Shown piece by piece: positions 29,097 to 41,133 of a stretch of DNA of 64,000 nucleotides. A program made the position numbers and the translations under genes. This DNA is from Nibricoccus sp. (GTDB lineage: Bacteria; Verrucomicrobiota; Verrucomicrobiia; Opitutales; Opitutaceae). Under the pieces are notes generated by a model, which was not told the origin of the DNA, searched no databases, and saw only the letters and a program-made list of their open reading frames with translations. The stretch spans positions 3,232,001-3,296,000 of the forward strand of contig JASGHG010000001.1 of assembly GCA_047602425.1 (NCBI GenBank), written 5' to 3'. Position 1 is the first letter of the stretch. Each line of letters begins with the position of its first letter.

Positions 29097-32000
29097 AACG
29101 AAAATTTGATCATTCCCCGAAGGCCGTAAACCCTTCGAACGGCGCCCCTGCCGAAGCTGAACTGACCGGTCGCAAATACTGGCGCAGCCTCGACGAACTG
29201 GCGGCCACACCCGGCTTCCAGGAACATCTCGAACGCGAATTCCCCGAGGGCGCGTCCACGCTCGATGGCGTCGATCGCCGGAAATTTTTCAAGTTGATGG
29301 CTGCGTCCTTCGCCCTCGGTGGCGTGGGCCTGGCTGCTGGTTGCCGTCGTCCGGAGGCGTACATTTTGCCCTACGGAAAATCCGTCGAGGAAATCATTCC
29401 GGGCCTCCCGCTGTATTTCGCCACGGCCATGCCGCTGCGCAAATCCGCCATCCCGCTCCTCGCTGAGACACACCAGGGTCGCCCGACGAAACTCGAAGGC
29501 AACCCCACTTATGCACCGCATGGCAGCGCCAGCTCTTTGATTGCGCAGGCGTCGATTCTCGATCTTTACGATCCCGACCGCTCCACCACCCATACCATCG
29601 GTGGAAACGTCGCGACTCCGGCTGAGATCCAGGACAAACTTGCCGCTATCGGCAAAGCCCATGCCGCCAACGGCGGGGCCGGTCTCGCTTTTCTCGCCGA
29701 CGAATCCAGTTCTCCCACTCGTGCCGCGCTGGTCGCGAAACTGAAGGCGAAATTCCCGAAAGCGCTTTGGGCCGAGTACGAGCCCGTGGTTGACGAACCA
29801 CCTGTTGCCGCCGCGAAAGCTTCCTTCGGTCGTTCGGTTAAACCAATTTACCGTTTCGCGAAGGCCAAGCGTATCCTTTCCTTGGATGCGGATTTCTTCC
29901 ACGCCGAGGCCGGCAGCATTTATTACGCCCGCGAGTTCGCCAAAGGCCGCCGCGTTGCCTCGAAGAACGATGAGATGAACCGCCTCTACGTCGCGGAAAG
30001 TCACCTCACGCTCACGGGCGGCATGGCCGATCACCGTTTGCGGGTTGCGACGAGCCATATGCTCGCCGTCGCGGCCGCGGTCGCCTCCGTCATCGTGCCG
30101 GAGGTCGAAAGTGCTCTCCGCTCCTATATCCACGGCACACCGCTCAATACAAAGTGGATCGAGGAATGTGCCCGCGACCTGCTCGGCCATCGTGGCGAGA
30201 GCCTGATCATTGCCGGCGCTCATCTGCCGGCCGAGGTCCATGCCATTGTTCACGGCCTCAACTGGCAACTTGGCAACGCCGGCAAAACCGTCGACTACGT
30301 CGAAGTCGAAACGCCTTCCGCCGCGTCGATTTCCGATCTCGCTTCGTCGATTAAGGCTGGTTCGGTCAAGACCCTGGTCATCCTCGGAGGCAACCCCGCT
30401 TACAACGCCCCGGCCGATCTCGATTGGACGGTGCTGCAAGCTTCGGTCCCCGAGGTAATCCGTTACGGCTATTACATTGACGAGACGTCGCTCGCAAAAT
30501 CCGCGACGACCACGCATGTCTCCGCCGCACATTATCTCGAATCCTGGGGCGATGCCCGCACGGCCGACGGCACGATCGTGCCGGTGCAGCCGATGATTCT
30601 GCCGCTTTTCAACGGTCTGACGCAGATCGAAGTGCTCGCGCGCATCCTCGGTGAAACCACGACCGATCCCTACACCCTCGTTCATCAAACGATCACGACC
30701 ATTGCTGGCGGGGACGCCACCGCGGTCTTCCGAAAGTTTTTGCACGACGGCCTGCTCGAAGGTTCCGCCTATCCGGTGGTTTCGGTTCAGTTTAGTCGCG
30801 ACTCCGCGCGCGCCGTTTTCAAGGCCGCGCCCAAGGTGGTCGAACTCTCCAGATCGTCCCTCGAAGTCCGTTTCGTCGCCGATCACAAGATGGATGACGG
30901 TCGTTTTGCGAACAACGGCTGGCTTCAGGAATGTCCGGATCCGATTACGAAAATCTCCTGGGATAATGCGATTCTCGTCAGCCCGGTGCTTGGACGTGAA
31001 CTCGGTATTTATCCGGGCGGCGCCTTGTTGCAGGTTGCCCGTGTTGAAGAGGCCGAATTTGTTCGCGGTCGCGAAAACTCGTTTATCGGCGAACTGACGA
31101 TCGACGGCCGCAAGATCCGCGGTCCGCTTCACATCCAGCCCGGCCTCGCGAACTACACTGTGGTTCTTCCGCTTGGTTACGGTCGCACCGTTTCCGGCCA
31201 CGTCGGCAATAAACAGGGCTTTAATGCGTATCCGGTTCGCACGTCCGCCGCATTGAACGTCGCCACGGGCGGAACGCTGGTGAAGACCGACGAGCGCTAC
31301 CAACTCGCCAACACGCAGGAACATTGGTCGATGGAAGGCCGCGACATCGTGCGCGAAGCCAACTTCGACGAGTACAAGACAAACCCCGCGTTCGTGAAAG
31401 ACATCGGCATGGAATCGCATTCGCCGAAGGTCCTTGGCGAAGAGGGCGCCCGCCGCGCTGGCGAAACCGAAGAAGCTTACCAAAAGCGTATCCACAGCGG
31501 CGCTACAGCGGGTATTCTTCCACGCGGTCAGTCGCTCTACGAGACGCCTGCGCTCACTGGCGAACATCAGTGGGGCATGAGCATTGATCTCAATGTCTGC
31601 TCCGGCTGCAACGCCTGCGTCATCGCCTGCCAGGCCGAAAACAATATTCCGATCGTCGGCAAGGATCAGGTCCTTCGCGGCCGCGAAATGCACTGGATTC
31701 GTTTGGATCGCTATTACTCCGACGGCCAGGCCGATGGCGCCGCGTTCGGTGGCGAAGGCAACAAACAGTTGCCCGAAGATCCCCAAGTTTCCCTGCAACC
31801 GGTGGCGTGCGCCCAATGCGAGCTGGCGCCCTGCGAAACCGTGTGCCCGGTCAACGCGACCGTTCACGACGAAGAAGGCCTCAATGCGATGGCCTACAAC
31901 CGCTGCATTGGTACCCGTTATTGCGCGAACAACTGTCCGTACAAGGTCAGGCGTTTTAATTTCTTCGATTGGAATAACCGCAAGCTCGACAGCCTCTACA

Positions 32001-32547
32001 TGGGTCCGCTCGGCCCGAAGGGAATGCCGGAGCTCGTCAAGATGGTTAAGAATCCGGACGTCACGGTGCGCATGCGCGGCGTGATGGAAAAGTGCACCTA
32101 CTGCGTGCAACGCATCCAGCAGGCCAAGATCGCGCAGAAAGCGAAAGCCGGCGCATCCGACCGCGTGAAAATTCCCGATGGCACGATCAAGGTCGCCTGC
32201 CAGCAGGTTTGCCCGGTTGAAGCGATTGTCTTTGGCGATATCTCCGATCCGCAAAGCGCCGTTTCGAAGGCGAAGGCTCTCGAACAAGACTACGCGCTCC
32301 TCGGTTATCTCAATATCCGCCCGCGCACGACTTACCTCGGCAAACTCCGCAATCCGAATCCCGCGATGCCGGATTATGCCGCGATCAAAACGCCTTTTAG
32401 CCGTCAGGAATACAACAACAAGAACCATCCCGGCGGTCACGACCACGAGTCGCATGAAAAAAGCGGCGCAGGTCATGAAGCCCCGGCGAAATCCGAGCAT
32501 GGTCACACCGCACTCGAAACCTTCAAGCAGCTTGGAGGGCTCAGCTA

Positions 32548-32548
<1 letters not shown>
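29093..32548 (+). CDS. actB: Alternative complex III subunit ActB (molybdopterin-oxidoreductase-like domain fused to Fe-S domain), Tat-exported
   Basis: YWRSLDEL...REFPEG...RRKFFKL...LAAGC leader and [10 protein letters not shown]. Fe-S motifs [42 protein letters not shown] and CQQVCP. Confidence 0.95.
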
Positions 32549-34011
<1,463 letters not shown>

Positions 34012-34019
34012 TTTCGAAC

Positions 34020-34553
34020 ATGGCTTCTCAACCACACGGCCTGATCGCCACCTTCACCACGGCGCCTGATGTCTATCATGCGGCGGAAAAAGTGCGCGAT
34101 GCGGGTTATAAATTCTGGGACTGCATCACGCCGTTCCCGATCCACGGCCTCGACAAGGCCATGGGCGTCAAACGTTCCATCGTCCCGCGCTTTTCCCTTG
34201 CTGGCGGCATCATCGGCTTTTGCACGGGCATGAGCATGATTTGGTTCATGAACGCGTTTGATTATCCGCTGGTTGTCGGCGGCAAACCGTACTTCAGCCC
34301 GATGTTCGCATTCCCCGTTTCGTACGAGCTCACGATCTTGTTCACCGCCTTCGCGACCATCGGTGGCATGTTTTTCCTGAATCGCCTTCCGATGCATTAT
34401 CATCCGGTGCTCAAGCACGACAATATTCACCGCGGAATGGACGACCATTTCTTTATCGTCATCGAATCTCGCGACCCGAAGTTCGATGCCGCCCGCACCC
34501 GTGCCCTGCTGGAAAAAGCCGGCGGCACCGATATCAAGGAGCTGGAGGCCTAA
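34020..34553 (+). CDS. actD: Alternative complex III subunit ActD (DUF3341)
   Basis: TPFPIHGLD, YPLVVGGKP and PVSYELTILF; expected gene order. Confidence 0.93.
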   Translation: MASQPHGLIATFTTAPDVYHAAEKVRDAGYKFWDCITPFPIHGLDKAMGVKRSIVPRFSLAGGIIGFCTGMSMIWFMNAFDYPLVVGGKPYFSPMFAFPVSYELTILFTAFATIGGMFFLNRLPMHYHPVLKHDNIHRGMDDHFFIVIESRDPKFDAARTRALLEKAGGTDIKELEA

Positions 34554-34556
34554 ACC

Positions 34557-35192
34557 ATGCGCTACGCCTATTTCACCCTGGCCTTCCTCGTGGTGCTCAC
34601 GGTTTCCGTTCTCGGATTTCGCGACTCCAAATTCACCAGGCCGCCACTGATGGTTTTCCCTGACACGTTTTTTCCTGAAATGAATCATCAGGCGAAATAC
34701 AAGCCGCAGGCTTCGAGCGAATTTTTCGCCGATGGCCGTGCGGATCGTCCATTGCCCGCAGGCGTGGTGCCGCGTGGTTTTCTGCGCGACGACAGTCATC
34801 TTTACGCTGGTAAAACCGCTGATGGCCAATGGGCCAAAGGTTTCCCCGCCGCGGTAAAGGTCGACGCCCGTCTGATGGCGCGCGGCCGCGAACGTTTCAC
34901 CATTTATTGCGCCCCCTGCCATGGCGCCGCGGGTGACGGCAATGGCATAACCAAACAATACGGTATGGGTGCCACTCCCAGTTACCACGACGACCGTCTT
35001 CGTAACATGGCCGAAGGTGAAATTTTCAACACTATCACCAATGGCGCCAAAACCATGTCCCCTTACGGTGACAAACTTGTGCCCGAGGATCGCTGGGCGG
35101 TCATCGCCTACGTCCGCGCACTTCAGCGCGCGCAAAACGCCCGCGTCGAGGATGTCGAGCCCAACCACAAACAGGAGCTTGGCCTAAAATGA
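34557..35192 (+). CDS. actE: Alternative complex III monoheme cytochrome c ActE
   Basis: M..Q.KYKPQ..S.FFADG.A.R..PAG.VPRG, CAPCH and DRWAVIAYVRALQ. Confidence 0.92.
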   Translation: MRYAYFTLAFLVVLTVSVLGFRDSKFTRPPLMVFPDTFFPEMNHQAKYKPQASSEFFADGRADRPLPAGVVPRGFLRDDSHLYAGKTADGQWAKGFPAAVKVDARLMARGRERFTIYCAPCHGAAGDGNGITKQYGMGATPSYHDDRLRNMAEGEIFNTITNGAKTMSPYGDKLVPEDRWAVIAYVRALQRAQNARVEDVEPNHKQELGLK

Positions 35193-36460
35193 GTTCACAC
35201 GCCGCAACCGCTCCCCAATCCTTGCCCGCCAATTCGCCCGGTTCGACCAAGGCGCTCATCATCGGTATTGTCGGTATCGCCGTCGCCGCCGGTGGACTTT
35301 TGCTCCCCCACAACACGCAGGCGGTCGCCCATTCCTGGCTCGTCGGTGTGACCTTTTGGACTGCCATCACCATCGGCATGCTGCTGATGACGATGATCCA
35401 TCACATTTTTGACGCTTCCTGGTCGACGGTGGTTCGTCGTCAATGGGAACACGGCATCGCCGCTTTTCCCTGGCTCGCGCTGCTGTTCGCACCGTTGTTG
35501 CTGGCCACTTGGTTTGGCCAGCGCGATCTCATCTGGCCCTGGATGAACCCTGCGCACGAATTGCACGGTCACGGCACGGTCGCGACCGACGTTCTTTACG
35601 CCAAGAAATCGGGTTTCCTGAACATCAATATGTTCACTGGCGGCACCGTCTTGTTTTTTTTCGTTTGGATCTGGCTTTCTTCGCGGTTGCGCAAGGCTTC
35701 TTTCACTCAGGATCTGGACGGCGACATCAAGTGGACGCGCATGAATCGCGTCACGACCGCCTTGGGCATTCCGCTGACTGCGCTGACCCTGACCTTTGCC
35801 GCTATCTACTGGATCAAGAGCCTCGAATACCACTGGTTCTCCACCATGTATGGCGTTTGGTTCTTCGCCAACTGCGTGCGCGGTGCGCTCTCAATCAGCG
35901 TGCTCATCATGCTCTGGTTGTATGTGCGCGGCGACTACAAGGGCATTCTCAACACCAACCACCTGCACTCCATCGGCCAGCTGATGCTCGCCTTCGTCGT
36001 GTTCTGGGCCTACGTGACGTTTTCGCAGTACTTCCTGATTTGGAACGCCAACGTTCCCGAGGAAACCTTCTGGTATAACCTTCGCGAAATCAACGCCGAC
36101 GGTTCTCCGAACCAATGGAAGTACGTCGGTATCATCGTCCTCGTCTTCGGCCATTTCCTCGTGCCATTCCTTTTCCTGCTCTCTTATAAAAACAAAATCG
36201 TTCACTCCCGCATCAAGCTCGTCGCGATCTGGGTTCCCTGCGTTATCTTTTTCGATCTTTGCTATAACATTCTTCCCGCGCTAAAAAACGAGCACGGCGA
36301 TGCCTTGCCGCTCTTTTCGCTCAACTTCCTTTGGACGGTTGCAGCCGTGATTGGCGTTGGCGGCATTTGGTTGTGGTCGTATCTCCGAAGCTTCCCGACC
36401 GCCAAACTCATCCCGATTCGCGATCCGCGCATCAACGAAAGCCTCCTGCACCATGAGTGA
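35189..36460 (+). CDS. actF: Alternative complex III membrane subunit ActF
   Basis: Polytopic; SLEYHWFSTMYG and FWAYVTFSQYFLIW.ANVPEET motifs. Confidence 0.92.
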   Translation: MSSHAATAPQSLPANSPGSTKALIIGIVGIAVAAGGLLLPHNTQAVAHSWLVGVTFWTAITIGMLLMTMIHHIFDASWSTVVRRQWEHGIAAFPWLALLFAPLLLATWFGQRDLIWPWMNPAHELHGHGTVATDVLYAKKSGFLNINMFTGGTVLFFFVWIWLSSRLRKASFTQDLDGDIKWTRMNRVTTALGIPLTALTLTFAAIYWIKSLEYHWFSTMYGVWFFANCVRGALSISVLIMLWLYVRGDYKGILNTNHLHSIGQLMLAFVVFWAYVTFSQYFLIWNANVPEETFWYNLREINADGSPNQWKYVGIIVLVFGHFLVPFLFLLSYKNKIVHSRIKLVAIWVPCVIFFDLCYNILPALKNEHGDALPLFSLNFLWTVAAVIGVGGIWLWSYLRSFPTAKLIPIRDPRINESLLHHE

Positions 36461-36746
36461 CGCTGCTTCCAAATCCGGTTTTCTGACCACCGCCGCCGCC
36501 GTTGTCGGTGGCTTCCTGATCTTCGTTCTGATCCTCGTGATCGCGTACCTTCCGGGCAAACCTGCGCCTTTGCCCGAAGGCACCAAGACGCCTCAGGAAC
36601 GCGCCCAAATTCTCCGCGACATGCGCGCCAAGGAAACCGCAGCCACCACGACGTACGGTTGGGTCGATCAGTCAAAAGGCGTTGTACGCATCCCGGTTGA
36701 TCGCGCCATGCAGCTGACGATCGACGAACTCAACGCCAAGAAATAA
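36453..36746 (+). CDS. Small membrane-anchored protein at the ActG position (97 aa)
   Basis: One TM followed by YGWVD..KGVVRIPVDRAM; overlaps the actF stop. Confidence 0.75.
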   Translation: MSDAASKSGFLTTAAAVVGGFLIFVLILVIAYLPGKPAPLPEGTKTPQERAQILRDMRAKETAATTTYGWVDQSKGVVRIPVDRAMQLTIDELNAKK

Positions 36747-36752
36747 TTTGTC

Positions 36753-36956
36753 ATGGAATGGGTTTTCTACGGCATCGCATTTCTGGTTTCCGTTCTGGTG
36801 ACCGGTTCGGCCGTATATGCCCTTTACTGGTCTTCAAAAAAAGGCCAGTTGCGCGACCTTGATCAGGGCGCACTTTCCATTTTCGATGAAAAGGAACCCG
36901 TTGGCCAGCCGACGGATTTCTTTCCCGGCAAGAAAACGTCGCGCTCGGCGCGCTGA
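36753..36956 (+). CDS. ccoS: cbb3-type oxidase assembly protein CcoS/FixS
   Basis: TM helix followed by WSSKKGQLRDLD..A..IF, matching the W...GQF.D CcoS pattern; directly before ccoN. Confidence 0.8.
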   Translation: MEWVFYGIAFLVSVLVTGSAVYALYWSSKKGQLRDLDQGALSIFDEKEPVGQPTDFFPGKKTSRSAR

Positions 36957-36976
36957 ATCAACTTCTAACACTCGCA

Positions 36977-38458
36977 ATGGCTTCCGCACCCAATCTCGCC
37001 GCATCGTTTGATCCGTCGACGTCTCCTGATCTGGTGAAACGGGCCGAGTTGAGCGAAATCGACGCTTCCACCAAGGCTCCGGTCCTTTTCTTCCTCGCCT
37101 CGGCGGTGCTTTGGCTGCTCGCCGGCACGACGTTCGCGCTGATTGCCTCCTTTAAGCTCCATACGCCCGGGTTTCTTGGCGACATCGAGTGGTTGACGTT
37201 CGGTCGTGCGCGCTCCGCTCATCTGAACATCGTTGTTTATGGCTGGAGCGTGAATTCGGCTTTTGCCGTCGCCTTTTGGTTGATGGCCCGCCTTTCGCGC
37301 AGCGTGTTGCGCCATTCCGGCCTGCTCATGATCGCCGGAGCCTTTTGGAATATCGGCGTCACGATCGGCATCGTCGGCATTCTCGCCGGCGACTCGACTT
37401 CCATCGAATGGCTCGAAATGCCGCTCTATGCGACTCCGCTGCTTTTTGTCGCTTACGCCTTGGTCGGTGCCTGGGCCATCATCACTTTCCGTTTTGGCAA
37501 ATCCGGCCATATCTACGTTTCGCAGTGGTACCTGCTGGCGGCCCTCTTTTGGTTTCCCTGGCTGTATTCGGTCGCGCAGATCATGCTCGTTCTTGAGCCG
37601 GCGCGCGGCACGGTGCAGGCGCTCGTCAACTGGTGGTTTGCCCACAACGTCCTCGGCCTCTGGTTTACGCCCATCGGTCTCGCGGCGGTGTATTACTTCT
37701 TGCCGAAGGTTCTGGGTAAGCCGATTCACAGTTATTATCTTTCGATCCTTGGTTTCTGGTCGCTGGCGCTTTTCTACAATTGGGCTGGCGTTCATCACTT
37801 GATCGGCGGGCCGGTCCCGGCTTGGGTCATCACGGCTGGTATTTCCGCCAGTTTCATGATGGCCATCCCAGTCGTTGTAACCGGCATCAATCATCACCTC
37901 ACGATGATCGGGAGTTTCAATGCGTTGAAATACAGTCCGACGCTTCGCTTCATTGTTTTCGGCGCCATTAGTTATACGATCACGAGTTTGATTGGTTCGG
38001 TCATGGCCGACCGACAGGTCAGCGAGGTTGTGCACTTCACCCATTTCACCGTGGCCCATGCTCACCAGGGCATGTACGCGTTCTTCACCATGGTGATGTT
38101 TGGCTCCATTTACTACATCCTGCCGCGCATCCTTCTCAAGGAGTGGCCGTCGGGCATGTTGATCAAGGTTCATTTCTGGACGACCGCGATTGGCATTACG
38201 ATCTATGTTGCCGCGCTTTCGATTGGTGGCGTGAAGCAGGGTCTCGAAATGAATAACGCCGATATTCCTTTCCTGAAAGTCGTGGCTAACACCATTCCAT
38301 ACCTCCTCACGCGCAGCCAGGCTGGCGTGCTCATCACCATCGGCCATCTGGCCTTCGCGGTGAATATCGTCTGGATGTTCCTCCGTCCGCGCGCCCCGCA
38401 GGCCACGGCGCCCACGCTTTTCCGTAATCCGCCCGAAATGGAGGTTGCCTCCCGATGA
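36977..38458 (+). CDS. ccoN: cbb3-type cytochrome c oxidase subunit I
   Basis: LTFGR.R.AH, EWLE, VSQWY, WWFAHN, PIHSY, WAGVHH and TVAHAH; all six His ligands are present. Confidence 0.92.
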   Translation: MASAPNLAASFDPSTSPDLVKRAELSEIDASTKAPVLFFLASAVLWLLAGTTFALIASFKLHTPGFLGDIEWLTFGRARSAHLNIVVYGWSVNSAFAVAFWLMARLSRSVLRHSGLLMIAGAFWNIGVTIGIVGILAGDSTSIEWLEMPLYATPLLFVAYALVGAWAIITFRFGKSGHIYVSQWYLLAALFWFPWLYSVAQIMLVLEPARGTVQALVNWWFAHNVLGLWFTPIGLAAVYYFLPKVLGKPIHSYYLSILGFWSLALFYNWAGVHHLIGGPVPAWVITAGISASFMMAIPVVVTGINHHLTMIGSFNALKYSPTLRFIVFGAISYTITSLIGSVMADRQVSEVVHFTHFTVAHAHQGMYAFFTMVMFGSIYYILPRILLKEWPSGMLIKVHFWTTAIGITIYVAALSIGGVKQGLEMNNADIPFLKVVANTIPYLLTRSQAGVLITIGHLAFAVNIVWMFLRPRAPQATAPTLFRNPPEMEVASR

Positions 38459-39111
38459 ACCGCGCTCCGCTTATTTTTCTCGGTATTTTCTTCACCCTGG
38501 CATTTTCCTGGACCGGCATCATTTTGACGAACCAGTTGAGCTACGGCAAACTGGAGCCGATCACCGACGCGACGGAAAACAAATCCTATCCCGAGCAGCT
38601 TCCTGGCCTCGCCGCGCAGGGCAAACTCGTGTATCAGGATCTTGGTTGCATCTATTGCCACACGCAGCAGGTTCGCCGCCCCGGTTATGGCGCCGACGAC
38701 AAACGTGGTTGGGGTGATCGCCAAAGCGTGGCCCGCGACTACATTCGCGAGGGCCGCGTCCTCCTCGGCACCATGCGTACCGGTCCCGATCTCCGCAATA
38801 TCGGGGCGCGTCAGGGTTCCCGCGAATGGCAGATGCTTCATCTCTACGATCCGCAGATCACTTCCAAAGGCTCCATCATGGCGCCCTTCGCCTTTCTTTT
38901 CGAGACGCGCAAAATCGTTGGCCAGCCCTCGCCGAAAGCCATCAAACTTCCCGCCCCGCACACGCCCGCGCCTGGCTATGAAGTGGTGCCGACACACCGC
39001 GCCGAAGCGCTGGTGGCTTATCTCCTGAGCTTGAAGGACACCTACGCCTATCCGGAAACGCACAACGTCTACGTTCCACCCGCTGCGGAAAAGAAGGAGG
39101 GCCACCCATGA
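38455..39111 (+). CDS. ccoO: cbb3-type cytochrome c oxidase subunit II
   Basis: GCIYCHTQQVR, GTMRTGPDL and HLYDP...SIM. Confidence 0.92.
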   Translation: MNRAPLIFLGIFFTLAFSWTGIILTNQLSYGKLEPITDATENKSYPEQLPGLAAQGKLVYQDLGCIYCHTQQVRRPGYGADDKRGWGDRQSVARDYIREGRVLLGTMRTGPDLRNIGARQGSREWQMLHLYDPQITSKGSIMAPFAFLFETRKIVGQPSPKAIKLPAPHTPAPGYEVVPTHRAEALVAYLLSLKDTYAYPETHNVYVPPAAEKKEGHP

Positions 39112-39782
39112 GCGCGCCCGATCCAAAGGGAACCAATCCCCAGATTGAACAGGCCGGCGCCTCCGACGAGAGCATCCAGCAGGTTCACTCGATTCTTCTT
39201 CGCGAAAAACCGGAGCCTACCGAAAGCAAGATGCCCATGCCGCTCTTCATGCTCGGTTTCATCTCGGCGATGGTGCTGACGGTCGCTATTTATTTCGTGC
39301 ACAACCGTGGTGGCTTCAGTCCTATGGTGTACGACGAACGGTTCGATCCGGCGACGGCCCCGTCTAGTCAGCAGGAAGTCAAAGTTGATCCAGTCGCCCA
39401 GGGTAAAAAACTGTACAACACCGTTTGCGCAGCCTGTCATCAGGCGACCGGCATGGGCGTCCCCGGGGCGTTTCCTCCTCTGGCGAAATCCGATTGGGCC
39501 AACGGCAGCGAAGAGCGGGTCATCCGTATTCTTCTGCACGGCCTGAGCGGGCCAATCACGGTTAACGGAAGCAATTTCAACAGCGTCATGCCCGCTATCG
39601 GCCCCGGCAGCGGCTACAACTTTACGGACGAAAAAATCGCCTACGTGCTGACCTACGTTCGTCAGGAGTGGGGAAATTCCGCACCCGCGATCACACCCGA
39701 AAAGGTGAAGGAAATTCGCACGGGAGCCGCCGCTGGACGCACGACTCCTTGGACTGCCTCTGAGCTCGAGGCGATCAAGTGA
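39108..39782 (+). CDS. Membrane-anchored monoheme cytochrome c at the CcoP position
   Basis: One TM, a single CAACH, G.GVPGAFPPLA, MP and LTYVR..WGN. Confidence 0.88.
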   Translation: MSAPDPKGTNPQIEQAGASDESIQQVHSILLREKPEPTESKMPMPLFMLGFISAMVLTVAIYFVHNRGGFSPMVYDERFDPATAPSSQQEVKVDPVAQGKKLYNTVCAACHQATGMGVPGAFPPLAKSDWANGSEERVIRILLHGLSGPITVNGSNFNSVMPAIGPGSGYNFTDEKIAYVLTYVRQEWGNSAPAITPEKVKEIRTGAAAGRTTPWTASELEAIK

Positions 39783-39806
39783 GCGCGGGCTCTGTGTAGC
39801 CAGGCC

Positions 39807-40523
39807 TCAATTGCGCCTGCATTCGACGCGCATCAAAGTCCAAGTGACCTCAACTGTGCCATCGGGACCTGCGTAACGACGATCGAATTCAGCCATCAGC
39901 GAGCGCAGTTCACCGATTCGCAACTGCGGCGTCCGGGACGTGGCGCCGGTATCATGGAGCTGCCGAAGGAACTCGCGTGTGCCAGCATGGTGCTGCTTGA
40001 TGGTTTTGGTTTCCCAGCGAAACACGGAAAAACCGGCGCGTTGCAGCATGCCGATCCACGTTTCCGTCGAATGCCACTGCACAAGTTCAAGGCGCTTGGT
40101 GATGGCAGACAGTTCTGGCAGGGTTGGCGTCACAAACAGCCCATGAACCATTCGTCCCCCTGGGATGATGAGCGGAAGCCAGCTCTTGAGAACACGCTGG
40201 GGCTCGGGGGCCCATTGCAACATGGCCGATGAAAAAATCCGATCAACCGGCGCCATCGATGGATTCCAAGCGTTGGCGATTTCCCAGCGCACTTTGGGCA
40301 ACCGTTCCCGCCCGATCCGCAACATCTCAGGACTGAGGTCAGTCGCGGTCAACTGACCGCGATTTTCCAGGCGACGGGTTAATAAACCTGTCCCAGCGCC
40401 AAATTCCAAGGCCCGCGTCGTTGCGGGCCAATGAGGTTCGATCCATTCGGCGACCCAGTCGGCGAGAGTTGCCTGGATCGTTGCTGACTTTTCGTATACC
40501 GAAGCTTTTTGGTTAAAGCGCAT
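39807..40523 (-). CDS. bioC: Malonyl-ACP O-methyltransferase BioC
   Basis: RFNQKASVYE..A.IQ, LEFGAGTG, SSAMLQW and TLPEL; last gene of the bio operon. Confidence 0.85.
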   Translation of the reverse strand: MRFNQKASVYEKSATIQATLADWVAEWIEPHWPATTRALEFGAGTGLLTRRLENRGQLTATDLSPEMLRIGRERLPKVRWEIANAWNPSMAPVDRIFSSAMLQWAPEPQRVLKSWLPLIIPGGRMVHGLFVTPTLPELSAITKRLELVQWHSTETWIGMLQRAGFSVFRWETKTIKQHHAGTREFLRQLHDTGATSRTPQLRIGELRSLMAEFDRRYAGPDGTVEVTWTLMRVECRRN

Positions 40524-41133
40524 GGTTGTATATCTCGGCAGACACCGCGGCCAAAAGGGCTTTTGGATCATGTCCGGCTTGCGGGACAATCCGTAACTCC
40601 GGCCAATGGCGGGCGAGTTCGATGGCATCCACCAGCGAATCGAGCGCGCCGACGTAGGCATGCCAAGTACGAACTTCATCCGGCACCTTCGAAAGACTGA
40701 CGTCGTTTAAAAACGTGAGTCCTTCGGTGAATTCGTCCTTCAAAGGAGGATGCGTCGTGGGAGCGGACAGATTTGCCCGCTTCGAAAAATCACAAACTGC
40801 CGCCGATGCGTCGACTGCGAGGTTGCGAGACACCACTCGCAATTGTGACCGTCGCACACGTCCTCCCACGCCGGCTTCTGCCGGAAAGGCGATGAAGGGC
40901 GCAAGTAGATATGGGGATTGTTTCGGCTTCCAGCCGCGGGCTGCGGCGTCGATCAAAAGCCAGGCTCCGAGTGAGTAACCGGCAAAAATATCGACGTTGC
41001 TGGCGAGCAATTTATCCCGGCCTGAACGCGTGGGCGCCTCGACCACTGGCTCAATGCCCGGAAGGAGTTCGCGGCACAATGCCTTAAACGCGTTGCGATC
41101 AATGCTCCAGCCGCAAAGCCAGCCCCATTTCAT
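40513..41133 (-). CDS. Alpha/beta-hydrolase, probable pimeloyl-ACP methyl ester esterase (BioH/BioG/BioK-like)
   Basis: LCGWS oxyanion motif, GYSLG nucleophile, G..D..V and AGH; lies between bioF and bioC. Confidence 0.75.
   Translation of the reverse strand: MKWGWLCGWSIDRNAFKALCRELLPGIEPVVEAPTRSGRDKLLASNVDIFAGYSLGAWLLIDAAARGWKPKQSPYLLAPFIAFPAEAGVGGRVRRSQLRVVSRNLAVDASAAVCDFSKRANLSAPTTHPPLKDEFTEGLTFLNDVSLSKVPDEVRTWHAYVGALDSLVDAIELARHWPELRIVPQAGHDPKALLAAVSAEIYNHAL

Noticed and set aside
29018..32506. 1162-aa antisense ORF over actB, and similar shadow ORFs (25339-27252, 18014-19435, 36965-38347, 34008-35168, 55365-56663, 19858-20625)
   Set aside because: They mirror well-supported genes on the other strand. 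Strong GC codon bias removes antisense stops, and they show no recognisable motifs.
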